Source: an uncultured bacterium (GTDB lineage Bacteria; Bacteroidota; Ignavibacteria; UBA10030; BY39). Taken from it: a DNA stretch of 64,000 nt. The notes beneath the pieces were generated by a model. It made no database searches. It was not told the origin of the DNA and worked only from the letters and a program-made list of their open reading frames with translations. Below, piece by piece: positions 38,917 to 47,568 of the stretch (positions within the stretch are counted from its first letter, which is position 1; each line of letters opens with the position of its first letter). Location of the stretch: positions 131,422 to 195,421 of the forward strand of contig CALCJK010000012.1 in NCBI GenBank assembly GCA_937967455.1. The letters are read 5' to 3'. The translations under genes and the position numbers were made by a program.

Positions 38917-40722
38917 ATGAAAAAAATATTTCTATTAATAGTACTACTACCTCTTGTATCTTTTGCTCAATACAATCAAGAAAGAACCACTGAGCAAAGC
39001 TTTGAAAATTCTGACCTGTTTTTCAAAAGCCATTACTTAAATACTTTTGGACTTTACAGGTTCAAGCAAGTTTCAGCTGGTTTGATTGATGACCCGTTCT
39101 TAAATCTCTACATCAATCCGGCATATCAGCCAAATCTTGGCAATAGCGATGCACTAATCTATATTGATTTCCGAAACGATAGGACAGAGGTGAAGTTGTT
39201 CGATGCCTATGTGGTGCCGATGTACTATTATTCAGATTTAAGAATTATGCCACCATATTATCCTGATCCAAGATGGTTGACCGTCGCTCGTTCTGAACCA
39301 GAGCCTATTATTTCAATCGGAATTTTAACTAATCCGATTTCGGAAATAACAAAAAATTTCTTTATCGGCGGATCATATCAACTGATGCATAAACAGGAAA
39401 AATTTTATCAAATGCCTTACTGGATTTATTATCCCAACTTTTATGTCGATGCTTTAGGCGGAGTACGGGCTGGATTAGAAAATGTCCCAATCATCGACCG
39501 CTTCGCCGGAAAAGATGAAATGACGCTAGAAGGGCATTTATTTGCATTTTATACTGGATATAAAATTACGGATAACTTAAGTTTGGGTGCATCTTTTAAC
39601 GGCATAAGTCATTCACGCAACGGTGGCTATTTAAATTCGTACCAAGATGAATACGGCACAACCGACAAAACAGAAAATAAGTATTCTCAGTTACTCGAAC
39701 GAAACCAGAAGTACAATCACTCTGATTTTAGCTTAGGCGCAATTTATCATTTTTTTGAAAAATCATTATTCGGTATTAAGGCGGGGTTGTTGAACGGTAA
39801 TGCTGACCAAGATTATGCATCACAAAGTTCTTACTATTATAAATACAACATTCCCAATGTTTCTTCCAATTGGTGGCTAAACGAGTCGAACTCATCAACA
39901 TCTCAAAATTGGAAACATGAAGGAAGCTTAAAATATTATGGCGTTAATTTCAAGCACGAGTTAAAAGAAGGGAAAGAATTATCTGGTTTCTATCGATATT
40001 CCTACGGAGATGAGGATATTACTAACTCATCCGTAATTTTTGATACCTCATACTATTCTTCTCGCTGGGCTTGGGATACATCTTGGTCGATGTATCGTGG
40101 AAGCTCGGTTGTTAAGGACAATAGAAAGGGAGAAGGTTATAGAAAACGCTATAACCACGAAGCGCTACTTAGTTTTAAATCGCAATTAACTTCTGGAATA
40201 TTTGTTACACTCGGATTATACTACAACTCTGTTACTACGGATTACTTTACGAGAGAACCAGTTATTGTTTTAAGGAGTTCAAGTTACAATGGAACAAGCT
40301 CATACTGGGGGGCCTACTCCTATTCACAAAAATTGTTCGAAGACAAATTGCTCGAGTGGAATTATAATTCACGAATCTGGTCGATGCAGGTACCACTTCT
40401 ACTCAACTTTGATATATCGAAGAATTTTAGTTTAATGTTAGGCGTAAACAGAATTTTAACAGGCTCTGAAATAAAGGAAATTACAATTGCCTACTTCAAA
40501 AAGCGTGAGCGTGACGACAACGGGAATGTTAAAACCGAAACAAATTTTGGTGAGCGGTACATCCAACCGACTAAAAAGTTTACAGAAAGCTATTTTGACT
40601 TTGTTGCAAATTTCAATATAAATATTACGGATGCATTCAAAGCCAGGTTGTTACTTGACCCCGAATTCGACCCGGAAATCCGTGTATCTCAATGGTGGCT
40701 GAGTTTTGAGTTGAAATTGTAA
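38917..40722 (+). CDS. hypothetical outer-membrane protein (601 aa, probable beta-barrel)
   Basis: Cleavable signal (VSFAQ). Tyr/Ser/Asn/Gly-rich alternating pattern. No family recognised. Confidence 0.45.
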   Translation: MKKIFLLIVLLPLVSFAQYNQERTTEQSFENSDLFFKSHYLNTFGLYRFKQVSAGLIDDPFLNLYINPAYQPNLGNSDALIYIDFRNDRTEVKLFDAYVVPMYYYSDLRIMPPYYPDPRWLTVARSEPEPIISIGILTNPISEITKNFFIGGSYQLMHKQEKFYQMPYWIYYPNFYVDALGGVRAGLENVPIIDRFAGKDEMTLEGHLFAFYTGYKITDNLSLGASFNGISHSRNGGYLNSYQDEYGTTDKTENKYSQLLERNQKYNHSDFSLGAIYHFFEKSLFGIKAGLLNGNADQDYASQSSYYYKYNIPNVSSNWWLNESNSSTSQNWKHEGSLKYYGVNFKHELKEGKELSGFYRYSYGDEDITNSSVIFDTSYYSSRWAWDTSWSMYRGSSVVKDNRKGEGYRKRYNHEALLSFKSQLTSGIFVTLGLYYNSVTTDYFTREPVIVLRSSSYNGTSSYWGAYSYSQKLFEDKLLEWNYNSRIWSMQVPLLLNFDISKNFSLMLGVNRILTGSEIKEITIAYFKKRERDDNGNVKTETNFGERYIQPTKKFTESYFDFVANFNINITDAFKARLLLDPEFDPEIRVSQWWLSFELKL

Positions 40723-40757
40723 AATCGTATATTAAATTGTTAATTGGGATAACAGGT

Positions 40758-41387
40758 ATGAATAAGAGATATGCGCAGCTGCTAACTTTTACTTTTTGCT
40801 TTTTATTGTTTTTTTCGTGTAAAAACTCTATCGGTCCCATCATCACACCTGAGGAAGAACCTCCTGATATACTGATAAATGTATTAATACCAACTAATGT
40901 TGGTAACTATTGGGTATACACCGATTCGACACAACTCAATTTAGATACAGTAAGTATTGTTGCAAAACTATGCAGCTTGGGATTCGACTGGAGGAAGTTA
41001 AGAAATCAAAGCTTTGCTATGCGTCAATTTGGGGATGAATTCGCGACCAGAAATGATACAATTTTTAGCATTAATTTTACATTTCGTGGGTACACTGAAA
41101 TATATCCAGCTTTTTTCTTCCCTAAAGACAGTTCAATAACTTATTACTATATCAGTGGTTGTTTTATAATCAAGCGTACAGCAACTCTATATAAAAATAA
41201 AATAACAGTGCCTGCTGGTACATTTCAAGAATATGTATGTTTTGTTGATGATTGGGGGAGCAGAAAAGATTCCTTATTAATCGTTCCTGGAATTGGAGTT
41301 GTCTGCAGTGTGTATGAGTGTATTAGCATCGGAGGTATTTACACTCAAAAATCTTTTTTAAAAAATTATTATATTAAGCGTAATTGA
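40758..41387 (+). CDS. hypothetical lipoprotein
   Basis: MNKRYAQLLTFTFCFLLFFSC lipoprotein signal. The ORF-track start at 40737 is a non-ATG codon; ATG 40758 is preferred. Confidence 0.5.
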   Translation: MNKRYAQLLTFTFCFLLFFSCKNSIGPIITPEEEPPDILINVLIPTNVGNYWVYTDSTQLNLDTVSIVAKLCSLGFDWRKLRNQSFAMRQFGDEFATRNDTIFSINFTFRGYTEIYPAFFFPKDSSITYYYISGCFIIKRTATLYKNKITVPAGTFQEYVCFVDDWGSRKDSLLIVPGIGVVCSVYECISIGGIYTQKSFLKNYYIKRN

Positions 41388-41388
41388 T

Positions 41389-41601
41389 ATGATAAATTTT
41401 TTAATAATATTTATTTTCTTCTTTTTTACTCAACATTATTACAACGATTTAATAATTGGGTTTAATACTACTTTTATTTCTTCAAATTTGTTAACATTTT
41501 ATTTACAGAAAAATTATAGAAGCCTCGATACATTTTTATTAAGTATATACAAACAGCAGAGCCAGGAACCATATTTTCCCTTGCTCGTATGTAAATATTA
41601 A
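41389..41601 (+). CDS. possible small membrane protein (70 aa); may be non-coding
   Basis: The ATG lies 1 nt after the upstream stop, and its own stop lies 1 nt before the kinase ATG. One hydrophobic N-terminal helix. The region is very AT-rich, so a chance ORF is plausible. Confidence 0.2.
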   Translation: MINFLIIFIFFFFTQHYYNDLIIGFNTTFISSNLLTFYLQKNYRSLDTFLLSIYKQQSQEPYFPLLVCKY

Positions 41602-41602
41602 A

Positions 41603-43024
41603 ATGAAAATTTTTTCTAAAACTTTCGGTAAGTCTTATTACAAAAAAAGAATAGTCTTTACTTTTGGCGGTGTTACTACTTTACTCGTTATAGTAGTATC
41701 TTTCATTAGCTATAATTTTATACACAACCTTTATCTTGATGAAATTTCTTCGAACATAAGAAGGATATCCCAAATAATCTCAAGTCAAATAGATCAATCG
41801 TACATAGATATATTAAGCCTCGGGTTACCTACTCGACTGACCCAAACATATTTCCAGAATATTTTTAAAAATAATATTGTTGATAAAACCGTTTCCGAAA
41901 TATTTATATTTGATAAAAACCTAAACTTACTTATTCACTCTGGATACTTTTTAATATATAATCAAAAGGATCCAAACTTAATTATTTATCAAAAAGATAT
42001 AGAGGCTTTATCTATAAAACAATCTATTAGTTCAACACCATTTAAGGGCGACGATGGCAATTGGTATCTATGGGGTTTTCATCGGCTGAATGAAAATTTT
42101 TATTTAGGAGTCAAAGAAAGTGCAGAGAGACTGAAAAAAGTGGAAGAGTTATCAAACTTTTTCTTATTGTTCGGATTCATCGCAATGTTGATTACTGGAT
42201 TTATAAGCTGGTTTATTGCGCAATCTATTACAAAACCTATCGAGAAACTGATTAATTTCAGTAATGAAATTGGCAAAGGAAATTTTAAAGCTGAGCCGCC
42301 ACAAAATACAAAAGGAGAAATTAAACTGCTCTCGAGTGCAATGGAAAAAATGAAACAAGACCTCTTTAAAAATCAGAAAGAGCGTGAAGATATGCTTGCA
42401 CAAATTGCACACGAAATACGCAACCCGCTCGGCGGAATAGAACTGTTTGCTAATTTGGCAAAAGAAGATTATCAAAATAAAAATCCAGAGCATTTAGATA
42501 AAATTCTTAAAGAAGTTAGCGGTTTGAAAAAACTCATAACAGCATATTTGGATTTCAGCAAACCAAAAGTAGCATGTAAGGAATTAATTGATCTTTCAGC
42601 TTTAATGAATGATATTCAAAATGTTTTTAAACCCGAATTGGAAAAAAAAGGTGCCCAATTAGAAATCAATTTAAATATAAAGCAAGTTTGGTTCGACCCA
42701 GAGCATCTGCGACAAATTATAATTAATTTGATTTCCAACAGTATTCAGTCGATACCTGAAAATGGAATAATTAAAATCAAATCGGACGTAGATAATACAA
42801 ACTGGTTGATATCGGTGGAAGATAATGGTAAAGGAATTTCAAAAGAACAAGTTAAGCACATATTTGAGCCGTTCTTTACAACTAAGAAAAATGGTACAGG
42901 ACTTGGACTTTCGGTATGTAAAAAACTTGCAGAGGAAAACAACGCCATAATTGAATTTTCAGGTAATATAAAAGGTTGTACATTTAAATTGAAAGGAGAT
43001 TTGCGGGGTAAAAATGAAAAATGA
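41603..43024 (+). CDS. sensor histidine kinase (two TM helices, periplasmic sensor, HAMP, HisKA, HATPase_c)
   Basis: H-box AHEIRNPLGGI, N-box IINLISNSIQS, and G-boxes VEDNGKGI and GTGLGLSVCKKL. Confidence 0.9.
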   Translation: MKIFSKTFGKSYYKKRIVFTFGGVTTLLVIVVSFISYNFIHNLYLDEISSNIRRISQIISSQIDQSYIDILSLGLPTRLTQTYFQNIFKNNIVDKTVSEIFIFDKNLNLLIHSGYFLIYNQKDPNLIIYQKDIEALSIKQSISSTPFKGDDGNWYLWGFHRLNENFYLGVKESAERLKKVEELSNFFLLFGFIAMLITGFISWFIAQSITKPIEKLINFSNEIGKGNFKAEPPQNTKGEIKLLSSAMEKMKQDLFKNQKEREDMLAQIAHEIRNPLGGIELFANLAKEDYQNKNPEHLDKILKEVSGLKKLITAYLDFSKPKVACKELIDLSALMNDIQNVFKPELEKKGAQLEINLNIKQVWFDPEHLRQIIINLISNSIQSIPENGIIKIKSDVDNTNWLISVEDNGKGISKEQVKHIFEPFFTTKKNGTGLGLSVCKKLAEENNAIIEFSGNIKGCTFKLKGDLRGKNEK

Positions 43025-44381
43025 AATGATAATAGTAATTGAAGATAACGATACTATGCGGCTTGGAATTGTAGAAAGCTTACGTCGAGAAGGTTATAAA
43101 GTATTAGCCTTCGAGAATGGTAGCCAAGCATTGAAAGAGTTTCAAATAAAACCCGCATCGTTAGCTATAGTTGATTTAAAAATGGAGCCGATGAATGGAA
43201 TTCAGGTACTCGAAAAGATAAAACAACAGAACCCAGCTACAGAAGTGCTGATGATATCGGCTTACGGAACAGTTGAGGATGCAGTGAAAGCTATGAAGTT
43301 AGGTGCAGCCGATTTTCTTACAAAACCATTTTCACCCGATGAATTGCGAATACGTGTAAAGAAGATTTTTGAAAAAATTCAAAACGAAAAAAGGATACAA
43401 GAATTAATTGAGCAAAATCGCTTGCTCAGCGACGAGGTTTTCTCTGAATATTCAGAAATAATAGGTAATTCTTTGCAAATAAAAAAAGTTTTTACATTGA
43501 TAGAGCAAGTATCAAATACTGACAGTACAGTTTTAATACAGGGGGAAAGTGGAACAGGCAAAGAGTTAGTAGCAAGGGCAATACATCGCCGTAGCAAACG
43601 TGCCGAGAAACCTTTCATAAAAATAAACTGTGGAGCTTTGAACGAAAACCTTCTGGAGAGCGAGTTGTTCGGTCATGAAAAAGGAGCTTTCACGGGAGCA
43701 ATCAAACAAAAGAAAGGGAGATTCGAGTTGGCAAACTTCGGAACACTATTCCTCGATGAAGTGGGCGACATATCGTTAGCGATGCAAATCAAGCTTTTGC
43801 GGGTTCTGCAAGAAGGTGAATTCGAGCGTGTAGGTGGTGAGGTTACATTAAAAACGAATGTGAGAATAATAGCTGCGACGAATCGTGACTTACAAAAAAT
43901 GATTCGTGAAGAAAAGTTTCGGGAAGATCTATACTATCGACTGAGTATCATACCGATAAGCATACCACCACTTCGAGAAAGAAAAGAGGACATTCCATTA
44001 TTAGTTGACTATTTTTTAAAAAAGCAGATGCGTAACAGGCAACAAAAAATAAAGAAGATTGATAACGAAGGAATGAGATTGTTGATTGATTATCACTGGC
44101 CCGGTAATATTCGTGAGTTAGAAAATTTAATTGAACGTTTAACAGTTATAAGTACTGGAGAAAAAATTGAATCGAGCCTGATAGCAGGTCATCTATATCA
44201 AGGATTGAGTGTAAGTACAAATTATGAAAATTTACCACTAGAAAAAGCTGTTGAATCACTCGAGCAGAATTTAATAGTCTCAGCCCTTAAAAAAACCGGA
44301 GGCGTAAAAAGCAAGGCGGCTAAATTATTGGGAATACCTAACAGTGTACTTTATTACAAAATGGAAAAGTATGGATTATAA
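43014..44381 (+). CDS. sigma-54-dependent response regulator (NtrC family: REC + AAA+ + Fis-type HTH)
   Basis: REC domain with phospho-acceptor context LAIVDLKMEPMNG. Walker A GESGTGKE, sigma-54 contact loop GAFTGA, Walker B LFLDEVGD, and a C-terminal HTH AAKLLGIPNSVLYYKMEKYG. Confidence 0.93.
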   Translation: MKNEMIIVIEDNDTMRLGIVESLRREGYKVLAFENGSQALKEFQIKPASLAIVDLKMEPMNGIQVLEKIKQQNPATEVLMISAYGTVEDAVKAMKLGAADFLTKPFSPDELRIRVKKIFEKIQNEKRIQELIEQNRLLSDEVFSEYSEIIGNSLQIKKVFTLIEQVSNTDSTVLIQGESGTGKELVARAIHRRSKRAEKPFIKINCGALNENLLESELFGHEKGAFTGAIKQKKGRFELANFGTLFLDEVGDISLAMQIKLLRVLQEGEFERVGGEVTLKTNVRIIAATNRDLQKMIREEKFREDLYYRLSIIPISIPPLRERKEDIPLLVDYFLKKQMRNRQQKIKKIDNEGMRLLIDYHWPGNIRELENLIERLTVISTGEKIESSLIAGHLYQGLSVSTNYENLPLEKAVESLEQNLIVSALKKTGGVKSKAAKLLGIPNSVLYYKMEKYGL

Positions 44382-44394
44382 ATATTTTTTAAAT

Positions 44395-45372
44395 ATGAAA
44401 TCATTTATAAATGTCATAGTCGTTTTAATCTGCATGCTGGTAGTTTTTCATTTTAATACAAACGCCCAATCATTGAATGATTTAGAAAATCTGTATGAAG
44501 AGCTAAGGCGAAATCTTTCAATAGAAAAAATTGAACAGGATTCACTTTATAAAAATTTAGAGGATAGAACAAAACTAATAGAGGAAGAAAAAAATAAACT
44601 GAAGCCAGACCATGATAAAATAGTAAAGTTAATGGCTGGTTCGGTTACTGTATCCAGATTGATTGAGGTTAAGCAGACATCTATCAATAAGCTGGAATTC
44701 GACCTCGAAAGTGTCAGGAAAAAATTATTTTTGCTTTATTCATATCAAATTGATTCGCTTAACAATTTGAAAAGAAAGAAATTAAAACCAATATCTGAGA
44801 ATGAAATCGATATTCAGATTTTGAACTTAATTAAAAAAAGGCTTCTCATTACTCCGCCAGTCAAACAGCTCACATTTGTGCCGGAAAAAATAGTTGAAAT
44901 CGATTTAAAAAAAGTCAGCGATTCGCTTCAGATGAAGATTTACAAAGAGTATTTAACCAATGCGTTAGCGGAGGTCGATTCACTGTTATATCAAGTTATC
45001 AAAACCAGTAACGAGGTAGAACAATTAGTAAAGCTCCACAAAAAGACGAACAAGTTTATTGACGACATCGATTTTATAAGCCAAATTAATCCAATCGGAA
45101 CTAAGACAAAAACCTTGGAAACTTCGGAGAGAGATTATGTTCTTGTTAACGATCCACACACAGATTTCAAATTATCGTTTCAATCTTATGTTACTATAAT
45201 TAATCAACTCAGCTTTAGTCGGCAGGCTAATAATCGTATGTCAAGAGATAAGCAGATTGACCTAAACGGCGAGCGATTGAGTCTAAAAGAATATTCTGAA
45301 TTCCTGAAGGAGTTAAAGTTACGTTTAAACGACTACCGTATTATTCTTGTTGAAAAATTAAAAAACCATTGA
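44395..45372 (+). CDS. hypothetical secreted coiled-coil protein
   Basis: Signal/anchor MKSFINVIVVLICMLVVF, then heptad-rich Glu/Lys/Leu sequence. The ORF-track start at 44344 overlaps the regulator; ATG 44395 is preferred. Confidence 0.45.
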   Translation: MKSFINVIVVLICMLVVFHFNTNAQSLNDLENLYEELRRNLSIEKIEQDSLYKNLEDRTKLIEEEKNKLKPDHDKIVKLMAGSVTVSRLIEVKQTSINKLEFDLESVRKKLFLLYSYQIDSLNNLKRKKLKPISENEIDIQILNLIKKRLLITPPVKQLTFVPEKIVEIDLKKVSDSLQMKIYKEYLTNALAEVDSLLYQVIKTSNEVEQLVKLHKKTNKFIDDIDFISQINPIGTKTKTLETSERDYVLVNDPHTDFKLSFQSYVTIINQLSFSRQANNRMSRDKQIDLNGERLSLKEYSEFLKELKLRLNDYRIILVEKLKNH

Positions 45373-46400
45373 TGAAAAATATTTACTTTATCATTATTAT
45401 ATTAATTTTAATATTTACACCTCAAATATTTGTCAATTGCCAGCTAAGCTGGAAAACTAGCGTGGAGTCGGGGTATCTAAATTCTACGGGTGATAATATA
45501 ACAGGGCTCGATGAAGTTCAAATAAAATTAGAAGGACTGCTTAAATATGATTACGAAAAAGAAAAAGAGATAGCATCAGTATATTTTAGAATTAAGCCTG
45601 AGTTATTCGGATTCAACAATGTTGTGAGGTCGTTACGATTAAAAGGGTTCTGCTCGTATTCTTATGACTTCGATAATTTTGTTGGAGGTATAAACCTTAC
45701 ATCCCAAAGACATATATTCGCAGGAAACAATTTAAAGATAAACTACGAATCTTTTTTATTGAGCAGTGATTTTAATTTCGAAATTAAGAACGGCACTTCT
45801 ACTACAACAAATCTTGGTTATGCATATCAACGCTTGAGTACCGATGAACAAAACAATGACATTTTTTTCGTTGATACAAGATTAAATCACGAAATTGATT
45901 CAAATCTAAAATTTAGTTCTGGAATCTATATAGAAAAATTTTCTATCATAGCTATTGATCGAACATTTTATCCATATAAAAAATATTCAAATATAGGCTG
46001 GCGGCTTGGACCAAAGCTAAGTTTAAGTTTTATAAAAGGTATAGCGGCTAATTTTGAATACAGCTTTTTGGTACATGACTCGAAACTAACATTATTTCCC
46101 TCATATGAACACTGGGTGCGTGTTGTAATGGGGAAAATGATTTCTAAGAATTGGTCGGTGTTTTTGCTTACCGATTATTATATCCGGAGGTTCAAATTAA
46201 TTAATCCGATTTATACAGAAAGCAACTTACTTTACACTCCAATGAATTTAGAGAATAGAATTTACATAAAAATCGGTTTTGATATCTCAAGTACATCTGA
46301 AATATTTTTTAAATCGGGATATTTTAAAGAAAATTTATATAAAAATAATATGTCGTTTAAAGGATGGAATGCATTGATTGGATTTGAGATTGAAAGATAA
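45369..46400 (+). CDS. hypothetical outer-membrane beta-barrel protein
   Basis: Signal peptide, alternating strands rich in Tyr/Phe/Ser/Asn. Its start overlaps the upstream stop (TGATGA). Confidence 0.45.
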   Translation: MMKNIYFIIIILILIFTPQIFVNCQLSWKTSVESGYLNSTGDNITGLDEVQIKLEGLLKYDYEKEKEIASVYFRIKPELFGFNNVVRSLRLKGFCSYSYDFDNFVGGINLTSQRHIFAGNNLKINYESFLLSSDFNFEIKNGTSTTTNLGYAYQRLSTDEQNNDIFFVDTRLNHEIDSNLKFSSGIYIEKFSIIAIDRTFYPYKKYSNIGWRLGPKLSLSFIKGIAANFEYSFLVHDSKLTLFPSYEHWVRVVMGKMISKNWSVFLLTDYYIRRFKLINPIYTESNLLYTPMNLENRIYIKIGFDISSTSEIFFKSGYFKENLYKNNMSFKGWNALIGFEIER

Positions 46401-46882
46401 AAGAAAATATCATATAAATTTAACAAAACTGACTTAACTATAAGTCGTTTCACCCATTTTAGTATGCCATGTCTATTAGTTTACAATCTGCACAAACTCA
46501 AATAAGCTTTTTTATGGGATTTTAAAAAACTTTTCAATAATAATTAAAATATTTGTGAATAAACATTTGACTTCTATAAAATGAAATGAATATATGTACT
46601 TGTAGTAAGTGTGTTTTTCGTAAAAAGTTTAATAGATAAAAGAAATACAAATAATTTTTTAAGGCGAATTATATTGATTAATATGGTCTATCAAATTGAA
46701 GGCATTATATATCATGCTGGTAGTAAAAGCCTCTTAATAAATAAGGTAAATTATCACTGGTTAAGGTTTGGCGCAAACCCATTTACAAATATAAAGGATA
46801 TTGAGCTCTTTGATAAAATAAAAAATTAATTTGTTTTAGTCTATTAAATTTTATAAATTCTAAATAAGATAGAAAAAATTAC

Positions 46883-47551
46883 ATGAAAAAAGTTTTAATA
46901 TATTGTTTATTGATCATTATTATAACTACTTCGCTCATTTCTCAAACAGGTGTTTCAAGTGCATTCAAAATTGCACGTTTGAAGTATAGCGGGGGTGGCG
47001 ATTGGTATAATGATCCTAATGCGGAAGTGAACCTTCTTAAATTTGTCAAAGAAAATACACTCATTTATGTAGAACCAAAATATGAATTCGTGGAAATATC
47101 AAGCGATAAATTGTTTAATTATCCATTTCTTTTTATGACTGGTCACGGAAACATTACATTCACAGATTATGAAGCACAACGGCTTAGAAAATATCTTGAA
47201 AATGGGGGTTTTCTCTACGCTGATGATGACTATGGAATGGACAAAGCTTTTCGCCGCGAAATTAAAAAAGTATTTCCAGATAAAGAGCTAGTCGAGATTC
47301 CTTACTCTTACGGACTTTATCACTGTCACTTTAGTTTTCCCAACGGTCCACCCAAAATTCACGAACACGATGGAAAACCACCTCAAGGATTTGGTATATT
47401 TCATAACAATCGACTTGTGGTTTATTATACTTACGAATCAAACCCAAGCGACGGCTGGAATGATCCTGAAGTGCATAATACTCCCCCCGATAAAAGAGAA
47501 GCTGCATTAAAGTTTGGAACAAATATAATTGTTTGGGCGTTAAGCCAGTAA
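46883..47551 (+). CDS. DUF4159-domain protein
   Basis: ARLKYSGGGDWYNDP, YPFLFMTGHGNITFT..E...LRKYLENGGFLYADD matches my memory of the DUF4159 signature. Confidence 0.7.
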   Translation: MKKVLIYCLLIIIITTSLISQTGVSSAFKIARLKYSGGGDWYNDPNAEVNLLKFVKENTLIYVEPKYEFVEISSDKLFNYPFLFMTGHGNITFTDYEAQRLRKYLENGGFLYADDDYGMDKAFRREIKKVFPDKELVEIPYSYGLYHCHFSFPNGPPKIHEHDGKPPQGFGIFHNNRLVVYYTYESNPSDGWNDPEVHNTPPDKREAALKFGTNIIVWALSQ

Positions 47552-47568
47552 GTTAATAAATTTTTCCT

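Noticed and set aside
46611-46829. 72-codon ORF in the long spacer
   Set aside because: It has a GTG start without an RBS, AT-rich low-complexity composition and no recognisable motif. It is kept only as a note in the spacer finding.
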